DNA of 64,000 nt, from positions 193,070,001 to 193,134,000 of the forward strand of contig NC_058368.1 of the NCBI RefSeq assembly GCF_018350175.1, read 5' to 3'. Each line of letters begins with the position of its first letter. The stretch's first letter is position 1. The notes below the pieces were generated by a model, which saw nothing but the letters and a program-made list of their open reading frames with translations, searched no databases and was not told the DNA's origin. The position numbers and the translations under genes were made by a program. Below, one piece after another: positions 23,626-36,300 of the stretch. Origin of the DNA: Felis catus (taxonomy: Eukaryota).

Positions 23626-25061
23626 GTCCCTCCTCTGACCAAAGTATTTGGTCTTTTTTTGTCCTCCAGACTGTTGTGCAAATTCCAGGTCAATCAGCAA
23701 TACATCAGAATCCTAAGTTCTTCTCGTGGACAGGAGGGGATTTTTGATTGGCTCCAGGGTCTGCACCAGGGCTCTTTTGGGCACAGCAGTTTCTTTCTGT
23801 GGGTTCCCTGAATGCTTTGTGGAGCCCAGCAGTAAAATCCTCCTGGGCATGTAGCCCCCGCGGAACATGCCTCCTTTCCTGGATGGCTTTCTCTGACGTA
23901 GTACCAGGAGCTCATCTCACTTGGGTCTAGCGATGCGGAAGAGACACACATTAGGTCCCTAGGAATGGATGCTGCTGGCACAGCTCTGGGCTGGTTCCCT
24001 AGTCAGGGGAGAGGCTCTTGAAGGGTGCGCACGGATGCATAGGAGCCCGTGTCCATGCACGCACCACAGACTCTCCTGGTGAGGCTGGCAGAGGATGGGT
24101 GACAGGGATTGACATGGCAAAGATCTCTGGAACATCCTAGCAGTGCTGTGGGTCTTGTGGAAGAGACAGTATTTGCGAGAGGCAGAAGTGGACAGAGGTT
24201 GAGTTGGTCCCGAGAGACGAGAAGCCTGAAAGACAGAGGCTGGAGGGGGGGGTCCACGCTCTCTGATATCAGCGAGTCTAATGTCATGGGTGGCAGACCC
24301 AGGGGGCTCCTCACTTTCACTTTCAGTGGGTCCGTCACAGGCTGACGCCATGGGGTTCCGATGGTCAGTTTGGGGCTTTCTGGGAAGAGGGGAGGCTCTC
24401 TGAAAAACATTCTCATTCCTTCATTCTTAGAATTAGGTGGCTTTTTCTCTTCCAACAGTTTTTTTCTTCCCCCGTGGTTGCTTCCAAATGTCTATTTTCA
24501 AAGTGTGTGTGGAATTTTCATTTGTCTGTGGCAAACTGAGAAAGAAAAAAAAAAACAAGACTGACGCGAATTTTTAACAAGGCTAGATTTACTTAATTTA
24601 AGGACTCTCCTTTATTCTGAGGTGATGACCTTCCTTTTAGTGTTAAAGTGTTCTTTCTTTTATGAAATGATAATGAAAGTAAATGGCATTTTCTTTCACT
24701 CTCCTCACTTAGCAATTTAAAAAGCTGGAAGTTCAAAAAAATAAAAAAAAAAGCTGCAAGTTCTACGTGGATACCTTTCCGTGCATGCCCTCCCCACCCG
24801 GCTTTGCATTGGCGTGTGAATTTAGTCAATAAAAATCCAAACATGTAGGGTCCACTGGATAAGTCCTCTCAAGAGTGAAAGTAGCCCATGGTTTTATTTG
24901 TCATAACATTTGTTTCTATCCAACAAACTCTTTTTTTTTTTTTTTGACAAATATCAAGAGCCCACTCTGTGACAGGCGTGGTACTGGGAGCTATAGTGGT
25001 GAGCCTGGCTGGTGGTGGGGTGGGTCCCACTTGGCCAAGCTTCCCAAGGCCTTGACCTGCC

Positions 25062-25330
25062 CGTGGTAGACTGCAATGCCTCCCCAATGTCAAATCTCTG
25101 GAACCTGTGAAGGGAACTTCGTTTATAATCACTGTGACTAAGTTTGGATTTTGAGAGGAGGCATTTATCCTGGATTATCCAGTGGATCCTAAAAGCAATC
25201 ACATGTATCCTTTTCAGATTATCAGCACCTTGACTTTGGATTTCTGGCCTCCAGGGCTGTGGAAGCAAAAAATTCTGTTCTTTTCAGCCACCAAGTTTGT
25301 GGTAATTTGTTATTGCTGGAAATAAATATG
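25062..25330 (+). mobile_element. MLT1 (ERVL-MaLR) LTR relic
   Basis: ATCCTGGATTATCCAGTGG..AATCACATGTATCC..TTCTGGCCTCCAG..AGCCACCAAGTTTGTGGTAATTTGTTA. Confidence 0.8.
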
Positions 25331-26069
25331 CCTCCAAGCAAATCAAGGAGAGAGGCTACCCAGGGTAAATTACTAGGATTCGGCTGTTGAGAGGGGGTCG
25401 GGACCAACTACATTGCTTATCAATACAAATCCTGTGTGAGGAGTGTCCTTGCCGGGAACCCGCAGATCTTTTTCATCCTGGCTTAGGCTGCCCCCTCATG
25501 GCCTTGCTGCCCACTCTGCTCCACGTGACTATGGTACCTGCCCATAGCAAGTAGCATCAGAGCGTCAGGTGAGATTGACTCCCAACACAGGTGCATGCCA
25601 TAATTATTTTATTTCTCTAAAATAAGTCGAATGTGCTGCAAGGCTTCAGTTTTCTGGGTGGCAGGAAATTCAATTTCAGTCGTCCCTGGGGTTTTTCCTT
25701 GTCTCTGAGCATGGGGAAATGTCTGAGGTGTTGTGCATTTGCTGGCTGGCTCAAAACTTGTTTCCACACGGTTGTAGCAGATACCTTCCTTGTTCAAGTC
25801 TATGCGACCTTGCAGGCAGAGGGCTCTGTACCTTCTGTGCCAAACTGGTCCTTGGAAGTCACACACAGCGAATGCACACAGCCTCTTAAGATGTGCCCTT
25901 TCGATTTCCTCCAAGGCAACCCCTTTGATTTCCCAGCAAGAGGCTGGAGGCACCTATAGACTTCTGTCCTTCATTCCCTCAGCCCTGGGGGAATTTACTA
26001 TTGATTCCTCCTCTCTGTTTTCAACTCTCAGACTCCCCCCCTCTCCCTTCGTCTCTGTAACAATCCAGA

Positions 26070-26648
26070 GGAATCCCCTGAATTGTGTCCCCCCACCCCC
26101 GCTCCCCCCCACAAACATGCAGGTTGAAACTGTATTTGAAATACGTGTGACTGTATTTGGAGGTGGGGCCTTCAAGGAGGTAATCAAGGCTAAATGAGGT
26201 CAGAAGGGTGAGATTTTAAGTTGAGAGGACTGGCGTCCTTCGAAACACCAAGGATGTGTGTGCACGGAGAAGAGGCCATGAAGGTAGCTATCAGCAAACC
26301 CCGAGGTGAGGACTTACCAGAAACCAGCCCTTGAACTCAGAACCTTCTGAACGCAAGAAAGTGAGTTGGTTTTTTTTTTTTAAGCACCCCAGTCTGTGGT
26401 ATTTTGTTTTGTTTTCTTTAATGTTTGTTTATTTTTGAGAGAGGGAGAGACAGGGTGTGAACAGGGGAGGGGCAGAGAGAGAGGGAGACACAGAATCTGA
26501 AGCAGGGTCCAGACTCCTAGCTGTCAGCACAGAGGCCGACATGGGGCTCGAACCCACGAGCCGCGAGATCATGACCTGAGCTGAAGTCGGACGCTTAACC
26601 CACTGAGCCACCCAGGCGCCCCTGTGGTATTTTGTTATGGCAGCCCAG
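26070..26648 (+). mobile_element. MLT1A/B-like LTR relic, interrupted by a SINE
   Basis: GTGACTGTATTTGGAGGTGGGGCCTTCAAGGAGGTAATCAAGGCTAAATGAGGTCA..CAGTCTGTGGTATTTTGTTATGGCAGCCC. Confidence 0.85.
26409..26622 (-). mobile_element. CanSINE
   Basis: 14-bp TSD TGTGGTATTTTGTT (26395-26408 / 26623-26636). Confidence 0.96.
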
Positions 26649-27011
26649 AGTCATTCTTCTGGTGACTTCCCTGATCTTTTTATCCCCAAACACCCAAGGC
26701 TCCCAGGAAAGGGAGTATGCATTGAGACCCTCAATTGGCGATGTTCAGGGATAGGCATCTTGTAGCCTATGGCACAAGAGTACCCAGACATAGCTAATTC
26801 ATCCTCCTGCCATTAGCCCTAGTTCTGTTTGCAAACAGATATCCTGGGTCTGACTGCGTGCTGTCCGACGTGCTCCCTTAAAGACATGGCATGCCCAGAG
26901 CCTCCAGCTCCCAGGTGGTGCTCTTCAAGCCCTGACATGACTGGGCAGGAGAGGCCCATGTGCTGTTAAAGCCCCAGCAGTGAGAAGGAGGAGATACAGA
27001 ATTTTTCATGT

Positions 27012-27225
27012 CAGTGTTTCCCAAAATACAACTCTATGTACATCGGTAGTACATAGAACGAGTTCTGTGGTGTCAGATGAGGGGAATGTTGGGTTAAGCT
27101 ATGTTAAACTTTAAGGGGGAGTTCACATATGAAGCATTTCCCAAACCTCTGGGACCCCTGAACTGTCCTTTCACCCAGCATCTGGCAGGATTAGTGTTTG
27201 GCGGATCCCCTTTTGCAAACTGCTC
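27012..27225. mobile_element. hAT-Charlie relic
   Basis: Begins CAGTGTTTCCCAAA (Charlie-type terminus) with internal AGCATTTCCCAAAC. Confidence 0.5.
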
Positions 27226-27879
27226 ATACTCAGTGGAGAATTATGAAATGTGAGATCTGGAAAGGACTCCTGAGGTTATATGGTCTGAAGCTCTGGGGTT
27301 TAAATTTGGGGAAACTGAGGCCCAGCGTGATGAAGCGACTTGCCTGGGCTGTCGGTGGAAGAGCCAGGGTTAGATCTCAGGTCTCCTGATTCCCAGCTTG
27401 GTGTTATGGGAGGCCCCTTGTTGGAAAATGCTGGCTCCTGGGAAACTCAGCTAGGCACTCAGCCTTGATCTGACTCCTACTCAGGGGCAGTGCTGGCTTT
27501 AGTGGGGCCTAATTCTGACAATGAGTGGCCTGGGAAGGTACTCAGCATCTTACCTATTTTCTTAAAAGGAAGAAAAACATTTTGCATTTGATAAATCAAA
27601 TACGAATATATTTTATCCAGCTCATTTTCTGTAAGATTGAGGGCCTCAGGGAAATTTAATCCTATGTTTCTGATTCAACTTCATTTGAACTCATCTATTT
27701 TCCTTCTCTACTTCATTTCCCTGGCCCTGCCTCTCTGAGCTTTCCTCTGAGCTCTCTTACTTCAGAAACAAGACATTCTATTTGCACAGTTGGAAAAGTT
27801 CCCTACCCCCATTTATCATGCCTCCCCACCCCAACCCCCCCCAAAAACAGCCTAGAAGTTCATAAGTACCTTTCAAAAT

Positions 27880-28190
27880 GGAGAGAGCATGCCAGAGGAC
27901 TGCAGAGAATCAAAGAGTGGGATAACAGAGTGGAAGTGATTAATGGCCCTGAAAAATCCAGGCCCAGGAAGGTCTAGAATGATTCAACCTGAAAAAGAAG
28001 TCAAGGGGCGATTTACCAATCTTTGCAGAAAAGTAATGATTTCGAAGTCCAGGACGAGTTCTTCTAAGAACAGAAAAGGAGGAAAGGACCTGAAGCTGCA
28101 GCATGAAGGAATTAAGTTAGACATATGGAAGGATTTCTTGATTGAGATGGCCTTGAACACACCAGAGTGGAGATAGAGAATTTACAGAGA
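27880..28190 (+). mobile_element. L3/CR1 relic
   Basis: GAAGCTGCAGCATGAAGGAATTAAGTTAGACATATGGAAGGATTTCTTGA. Confidence 0.55.
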
Positions 28191-28851
28191 GGCCCATAAG
28201 GTGGTGGAAAGATCATAGGCTTTGAAGGCAGAGGTTCTATGTCTGGTTCTGCTACTTTTGAGGTATGGAACCTTGGGTCAGGTACTGATCTTGAGATCCT
28301 GTGTCTCTACCTGAAGAGGTGGAGGTGATATGCCCACCTGACAGCATTGTCAGGAGAACTAGATAATGTATGCGATGTTCTTGGCTCACAGGAAAGCCTC
28401 AAAGCTGGTGGTGTTTAATATGATGATGATCCTGATGATTATGACAAGTGATCAGTAATCACTGGTTCTCCTTCTCTTACCTTTATGCTCTCAGTGGGGG
28501 TAAAGCCCTATGCTTGTGAATTACTCATAAACCAAGGAAGGGCCATGGCTACCTGGGGTGCTTGGAAAGAACTACTATGCTCCTCGGGAACTCTTGGGCA
28601 CCAATTCTACTTTTCGCCTTCACCGGTGAAGATATGGCCCCACTGATGCTGAGATTGTTTCAAAGACCCAGAGGGCCTAACATCTAGAAATATTCCCTTG
28701 TGTGCACAGCATATTTGAGTAAATTCTTCCTGAATGGTGATGGAGACTGTAGTGCAATAAGACTTTAATATAACTAAAACAGGTTTTTCAGATCAGGGAA
28801 GATTCTGGCATTGGTGGAGAAAGACATGGGTACCTGAGGGTCCTCCTTTAG

Positions 28852-28868
28852 GGGTCATTTGGGGGTCA
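28852..28868 (+). promoter_or_regulatory. Candidate DR5 nuclear-receptor element
   Basis: GGGTCA-TTTGG-GGGTCA fits RGKTCA(N5)RGKTCA. Confidence 0.35.
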
Positions 28869-29529
28869 TTTGGAAGATGCTGCACTGTGTGGCCACTTTC
28901 CTTTGGCTTAAGTTTCTGATTGATGTTAACGAGTATTCACAAGTGTTCAGTAGGTGTCACTGTGTGGGGTCTTCCAGCCAATAAACAGCCCACGTGAAAA
29001 ATGTTGTCCCAATTAGCTAGAGAGCTTTGCAAGGTAAAGGCCAAGGTGAGGCACAGGCCGTATAGACTGAAATAGAGAAGGATAAAATCAGCATGGCCAG
29101 AGCAATCAAAGCAAGCTTCTGAAGGAGTGGGACTCATATCTAAGCCATACAAACACTGATAGTTCTTAGAGAGGCAGGGTGGTGGGTGAGAGGCCATTCA
29201 GGTAGGGAGACAGGCTGGACCAAGGTTTGAGGCTGGGGATGAACCACTGGCCAGGAATGAGCGTGTGGGTACCATTGGGGAGAGGAGTAAGAAATGAGGC
29301 AGGTCAGAGGGTTGAGGGCCACTTGTTGAGTCTTTGGGAGCCATTTGAGCTTGATATCCTTCCAATGAGGAACCAGGGAGAGTTTTTGACCAGAGAACGA
29401 CATGACAAATTGGGCATGACTATATATGATGAATAATATTTAAGTGCTGAGTAGAAAATCTACCAAACCTAGAGAAGAAAACTGGGGGGGAAGGGGGATT
29501 CAACTATAAAAAGAATCTGTGTTCATGGT

Positions 29530-31380
29530 TCAACATGTAGAAAATACAGAAAAGTGTAAGAAAAAAATTAGTCTGAGTTCTACTCACAGATAATTTGTTG
29601 TAATTTTTCTTTTTATTTTCTTTTACTTAGTTTTTGCATATATATATTTACATAAAACTCTTTATAAATGTAATATCTAATGTCTTACAGTATTCTAAGA
29701 TAGACCAAAGTATTCCCTGGTTGGTAGATTTTTATTTTGTTTTAAAATTTCTATTTATAATAAATGTGATTTGGTAAACATTTTGTGTGGGGGAGATATA
29801 TGTATATGTTTAGATTTGTTTGTTTTAAATACTACCCAAGGTAGAAATATTGCATCAGAGTATATGAATAAATTAGAGAATTAAATGAACGATTTTTGGA
29901 AAATATTGCAAAATTGCTTTCCGAAAGGGTGATACTACTTTACATGTCTGTTAACAGTGTCTGATTGTATTTGTTTAAGTAACTCTAGCCTGCACTGTGT
30001 ATTCTAAATTAAAAAAAAAATTGCTAACATGAAAGGTGTAAATACTTTAATTTTCATCTCTTTGATTCCTTGTAAAGCTGAATATTTTTCAATATGTTTG
30101 TATGCTCTGCTCTTTAAACTTCTTCTATAAATTTCTCACTAACATCCTTTGGCCAACTATTTCTATTGAAGTTATAGTATTTTCTCTTCTTTTTTAAAAA
30201 AAATAATGTTTTAGAGTTTATTTATTTATTTTGGGAGAGAGAGCAGGGGAGGCGGCAAAGAGAGAAGAAGAGAGAGGATCCCAAGCAGGCTCCACGCTGC
30301 CAGCCCAGAGCCTGACATGGGGCTCAAACCGATGAAGTGTGAGATCGCTACCTGAGCTGAAACCAAGAGTTGGACGCTTGACTGACTGAGCCACACAGGC
30401 TACCCTATAGTATTTTCTTATTATTGAATGAGCTCTTTATGATGATTTTTAATAGCTATTTTTTCTGTTAAAAAGGTTTCTCTGAAAAATATCAGAAAAT
30501 GAAGATACATATTTAAAAAAGAAAGTAAATATCAATTATAATCTAACCAATCAGAGATTAATATTGATAGTGTGGTGAATATCCACACAGGTTTTTCTCT
30601 CCTGATCATATATGTGTATATATATGTGTGTGTATATGTATATATATATATATATATATATGCATATAAGTAGGGATATATGTCAAAAATAAGAAAAACA
30701 GGGCCACAATTTCCATATTATTTTGTAACTGCTTTGTTTCATACAGCAGGTTACAGACATCTTTCCCATGCTAGTAAATGTAATATAGACTTATCATCAT
30801 TAAAATTTGGGTAGTATTGCATTGCATAGATATATAACTTGTTTATTTGATCAATATCCAATTGATATATTGAAATATTGATATATTGATTTTTTTCTAT
30901 AGTAAAAACATTTACAATGAATATATTATAGTTGTAAGTAAGTGCCACTGCCCTATCTTCTGGAATAATTCTAAGTGGAATTTTTGGGTCACAGAGTGAA
31001 AATATTTGTTTTGATATATATTGCCAAACCGTTCTCTGTGACATGTTAATAATACTCCCTGTCCACTGTGGGGTACTTCTCACCATAGCACTAATGCTGA
31101 ATATTACTGTTCTTTTACAACTTTGCCAATTTGGTAGGTGAAAAATAAGTATATTTACCTTTTATTGTTGTTGTTGTTGTTCTTAGAGGGGTCAAGAGAC
31201 TTTTAATTTACCAACAGGCCATTTTATATTTCCTTGTCCATATGTGGTCCAGTTTTCTTCTGGGATGTTTATACTGAGATGTTTATCTTTTTCTATGAAC
31301 TCCATATACTTTTCTTTTTTATATAGTCAGTTATATCAGTTTTTCCCTATAAATCCCTTATTTTTTTCTGATTTTCTAAT
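29530..31380 (-). mobile_element. Ancient L1 (L1ME-like) fragments containing a SINE and a (TA)/(TG) tract at about 30608-30667
   Basis: Very AT-rich degenerate antisense L1 text (ATATTGCAAAATTGCTTTCC, AAGTGGAATTTTTGGGTCACAGAG, TTTGCCAATTTGGTAGGTGAAAAAT). Confidence 0.6.
30186..30405 (-). mobile_element. CanSINE (older subfamily)
   Basis: 13-bp TSD TATAGTATTTTCT (30173-30185 / 30406-30418). Confidence 0.93.
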
Positions 31381-31739
31381 TAGATCTCAGGAGGTAGTTT
31401 TTGAATTACTTTTTTGATATCTGGGAAGAACATGGCTCTGTTGAAAGATGGAGGAAGGCTGATAATTTGGAGATAGCGATAGAAACAGTTGTGCTGTACA
31501 TGGAGCATAATGAAGATTATGAATCTTTCCTGATTTCTAGTTGTTGTTATTTAAAGTGGTACCTCAATTCTCATGGATGTGGAAATCATCTTTTCATCTG
31601 TGTTTCTTCATTTCATATATTCAGTGGGTCAGCTTCCTCCACTTCTTCCTTTGAAACATATCTCGGGTTTGAACTTTCCTTTCTCTCCCCTCCCCCCCCC
31701 CCCATATCATCTGAGCCTGGATTACTGTCACATTGTATC

Positions 31740-31744
31740 TGTGT

Positions 31745-31783
<39 letters not shown>
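31740..31783. repeat. (TG)n microsatellite
   Basis: Directly visible. Confidence 0.95.
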
Positions 31784-31786
<3 letters not shown>

Positions 31787-32015
31787 CCTTATACCGCTCT
31801 AGGAGGGCAGATTTTTAGCCATCTTATTGACTACTGTATCCCAGCACCCAGAACAGACCCTGAAACTAAGTAGGTGCTCAACTGATACAATTTTAAATGA
31901 ACAGATGGATTAGTAGAGAAGAGTGGGTGGTTAGCTGCTTTGCCCATCAGAGACTGCCTCTCAGAAAGAAATCAGTCTGTCTACCATCTATTAATGTGAC
32001 CATCCATTCTTTATT

Positions 32016-32411
32016 GTAAAGTTTTTACTTAAATTCCAATTAGTTAACATACAGTAAATATTAGTTTCAGGTGTACCATATAGAAATTCAACAGTTTTAT
32101 ACATCACTTGGTGCTCATCACAACAAGTGCACTCCTTAATCCCCACCACCTATTTTTTAATACATCTTCCCTACCCACTTCCCCTTTGGCAACCATCAGT
32201 TCTCTATAGTTAAGGGTCTGTTTCTTCGCCCCTCTCTCTCTCTTTTTCCCCTTTGCTCATCTGTTTTGTTTATTAAATTCAACATATGAGTGAAGTCTTC
32301 TGGTGTTTGTCTTTCTCTGACTTATTTTATTTAACATAATTCTCTCTAGCCCCATCCATGTTGTTACAAATGGCAAGATTTGATTTCTTTTTTATGGTTG
32401 AGTAATATTCC

Positions 32412-32454
<43 letters not shown>

Positions 32455-33241
32455 CCCACATCTTCTTTATTCAACAGCTGATGGATACTTGGGCTATTTC
32501 TATAATTTGACTATAGTAAATAATGCTGCTATAAACATCCAGGTGCATGTATCTCTTTGAATTAGTGTTTTTAAAATTATATTAGAGAGAGTGTGTGCAA
32601 GTAGGGGAGAGGGGCAGTGGAAGAGAGAGGGAATCTTAAGCAGGCTCCATGCTCAGTGTGGAGACTGACATGGGGCTCCATACCACAACTCTGGGATCAT
32701 GACCTGAGTTAAATCAAGAGTTAGGCACTCAACTGACTGAGCCACCAAGGTGTCCCTGAATTAGTATTTTTATATTCTTTGGGTAAATACCTACTAGTAC
32801 AATTTCTGAATCATAGGGTAGTTCTATTTTTTAACTTTTTGAGAAACTCCTCTCTCTTTTTTTGAGAAACTCCTTACTGTTTTCCAGAATGGTTGGACCA
32901 GTTTGCATTCCCAACAACAGTGCAAGGGGGTTCCCCTTTCTCCACATCCTTGCCAGAACCTGTTGTTTCTTATGTTGCTGATTTTTGCAAATGACATATC
33001 TGATAAAGGGTTAGTATCCAAGTTGTATAAAGAATGTATAAAACTCCACATCCAAAAAATGAATACTTGAGTTAAATTGGGCAAAAAATATGAATAGACA
33101 TTTTCCCATGAAGACATACAGATGGCCAACAGTCACATGAAAAGATGCTCAACATCACTGATCATTGGGGAAATACAAATCAAAACTATAATAAGGTATC
33201 TCCTCGCACCTATCAGAATGGCTAAAATCAACAACACAATT
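32016..33241 (-). mobile_element. Carnivore L1, 5'-truncated with a 5' inversion
   Basis: Antisense 3' part 32016 to about 32984, sense inverted part about 32985-33238. TSD ACCATCCATTCTTTATT (31999-32015) / ACTATCCATTCTTTATT (33242-33258). Confidence 0.9.
32573..32756 (-). mobile_element. CanSINE nested in L1
   Basis: TSD TGAATTAGTGTTTTT (32558-32572) / TGAATTAGTATTTTT (32757-32771). Confidence 0.92.
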
Positions 33242-33311
33242 ACTATCCATTCTTTATTCGTAAGTACCTGAAATCTCTTGTGAAAAGGGATAGTTTAAAA
33301 AAATAAATAAT

Positions 33312-36300
33312 TTGAGGGCTTTCCAAATTTTTTCTTGTGGTTGACTTCAAGTTTCATAGCATTGTGATCTGAAAATATGCATGGTATGATCTTGACCTTT
33401 TTGCACCTGTTGAGGTCTGATTTGTGACCAAGTATGTGATCTATTCTGGAGAATGTTCTATGTACACTTGAGAGGAATGTGCATTCTGCTGTTTTAGGGT
33501 GAAATTTCTGAATATATCTGTTAAGTCCATCTGGTTCAGTGTGTCATTCAAAGCCATTGTTTCCTTGTCAATTTTCTGCTTAGATGATCTGTCCGTTGTT
33601 GTAAATGGTGTATTATAGTCCCCACTATTATTGTTTTGCTATCAATGAATTTCTTCATGTTTGTGATTAATTGATTTATATATTTGGGTGTTTCAGGTTG
33701 GGGCATAAATATTTACAATTGTTAGATTCTTGATGGATAGACTCCTTAATTATGATATAATGCCCTTCTTCATCTCTTGTTATAGTCTTTGTTTTGAAAT
33801 CTAGTTTGTCTGATAGAAGTATGGCTACTCTGGGTTTCTTTTGACCACATGATAGATGATTCTCCATCCCCTCACTTTCAATTTGCAGGTGTCTTTAGGT
33901 CTAAAATGAGTCTCTTATAGGCAGAATATAGATGAATCTCGTTTTTTAAAATTTTAATGTTTATTTATTTTTGAGAGAGACAGAGTGTGAACAGAAGAGG
34001 GGCAGAGAGGGAGGGAGATATAGAACCTGAAGTTGGATCCAGGCTCTGAGCTGTCAGCACAGAGCCCAATGCAGGGCTCGAACTCACAGACCATGAGATC
34101 ATGACTTGAGCTGAAGTAAGACGCTTAAGTGACTGAGCCACCCAGGCACCCTGAATCTTGTTTTTTAATCAGTTCTGATACACTATTTCTTTTTATTGGA
34201 GCGTTAAGTCCATTTACATTCAGAGTGATTATTGAAAGGCATGAATTTAGTGCCATTTTGTTACCTGTAGAATTGGTGTTTCTGGTGATGTCCTCTGGTC
34301 CTTAGTAGTCTTTGCTGCTTTGGTCTTCTTATTTTTTTCTCCACCCAGAAAGTCCCCTTAAAATTTCTTGCAGGGTTGGTTTAGTAGACCCACAGCTAAT
34401 ATCATCCTTAATGGGGAAAAACTGAGCGCTTTCCCCTTGAGGTCAGGAGCATGACAGGGATGTCCACTCTCACCACTATTCTTCAACATAGTACTGGAAG
34501 TCCTAGCCTCAGAAATCAGACAACAGTAAGAAATAAAAGGCATACCAACTGGCAAGGAAGAAGTCAAACTTTCACTCTTCATAGATGACATGACAATCTA
34601 TGTGCAAAATCTGAAAGACTTTACCAAAAAACTTCTAGAACTGATACATGAATTCAGCAAAGTCACAGGATATAAAATCAATCTACAGAGATCAGTTGCA
34701 TTTCTATATACCAATAATGAAGCAGCAGAAAGAGAAATCAAGGAATCTATCCCATTTACAATTGCACCAAAACCCATAACATACCTAGGAACAAACCTAA
34801 CCAACAAGGTAAAAGATCCATTTACTGAAAGCTATAGAAAGCTTATGAAAGAAACTGAAGAAGATGCAAAGAAATGGAAAAACATTCCATGCTCATGGAT
34901 TGGAAGAAAAATATTGTTAAAATGTCTATACTACCCAAAGCAATGTACGTAGTCAATGAAATTCCAACCAATATTGCACTGGCATTCTTCTCAGAGCTAG
35001 AACAACAGTCCTAAAATTTTTATGGAAACACAAGAGACCCCAAATAGCCAAAGTAATGTTGAAAAAAAAAAACACCAAAGCTGGAGGCACCACAATCCTG
35101 GACTTTAGTCTGTATATAAAGTTGTAGCCATCAAGATAGTATGGTACTGGCACAAAAACAGACACTCAGATCAATGGAACAGAATAGAGAACTCAGAAAT
35201 GGATTCACAAATGTATGGCCAATTAACCTTCAACAAAGCAGGAAAGAATATCCAATGGAAAAAAGGTAGTCTCTTCAGAAAACGGTAATGGGAAAACTGG
35301 ACAGTGACATGTAGGAGAATGAAACTGGACCACTTTCCTATACCACATACAAAAATAAATTCAAAATGAATGAAAGACCTAAATGTAAGACAGGAAACTG
35401 TCAAAATCCTAGAGGGGAAAACAGTCAGCAACCTCTTTGACCTTGGCTGCAGCAACTTCTAACTAGACATGTCTCTGGAGGCAATGCAAACAAAAGCAAA
35501 AATTAACTATTGGGACCTCATCAAGATAAAAAGTTTCTGCACAATGAAGGAAACAATCAGCAAAACTAAAAGGCAACTGATGGAATGGGAGATGTTTGCA
35601 AATGACATATTGAATAAAGGGTTAGTATCCAAAATCTCTTAAGAACTTATCAGACTCAACACTCAAAAAGCAAATAAACCAGGGAAGAAATCAGCAGAAG
35701 ACATGAATAGACACTTTTCCAAAGAGGACGTCCAGGTGGCTAACAAATACACGATGCTCAACATCACTCATTATCAGGGAAATACGAATCAAAACCACAA
35801 TGAGATACCACTTTACACCTGTCAGAATGACTAAAATGAACAACTCAGGAAACAACATATGTTGGCGAGGATGTGGAGAAAGGGGAACACTTTTGCACTG
35901 TTGGTGGGAGTGCAAACTGGTGCAGTCACTTTGGAAAACAGTATGGAGGTCCCTCAAAAAATTAAAAATAGAACTATGCTATAGTCCAGCAATTGAACTA
36001 CTAGGTATTTATCCAAAGGATACAGAAGTGCTGGAAGGGACACATGCACCCCAGTGCTTATAGCAGCACTATTGACAATAACCAAATTATGGAAAGAGCC
36101 CAAATGTCCATCGACTGATGAATGGATAAAGAAGATGTGGTATATACATAGAATGGAATATTACTCAGTGATCAAAAATAATGAAATCTTGCCATTTGCA
36201 GCAATGTGGATGGAACTAGAGTGTATTATGCTAAGCGAAACAAGTCAGTCAGAGAAAGACAAATATCATATGATTTCACTCATATGTGGAATTTAAGAAA

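Noticed and set aside
23959..24351. Minus-strand 130-aa ORF starting MASACDGPTESESEEPP
   Set aside because: No recognisable homology, mediocre Kozak context and no supporting gene structure.
27033..27057. 9-bp stem TCTATGTAC / GTACATAGA
   Set aside because: Short, inside a hAT relic, and within chance expectation; not miRNA-like.
34590..36296. ORFs with reverse-transcriptase-like peptides
   Set aside because: Fragments of a dead L1 ORF2 broken by stops and frameshifts, not a functional gene.
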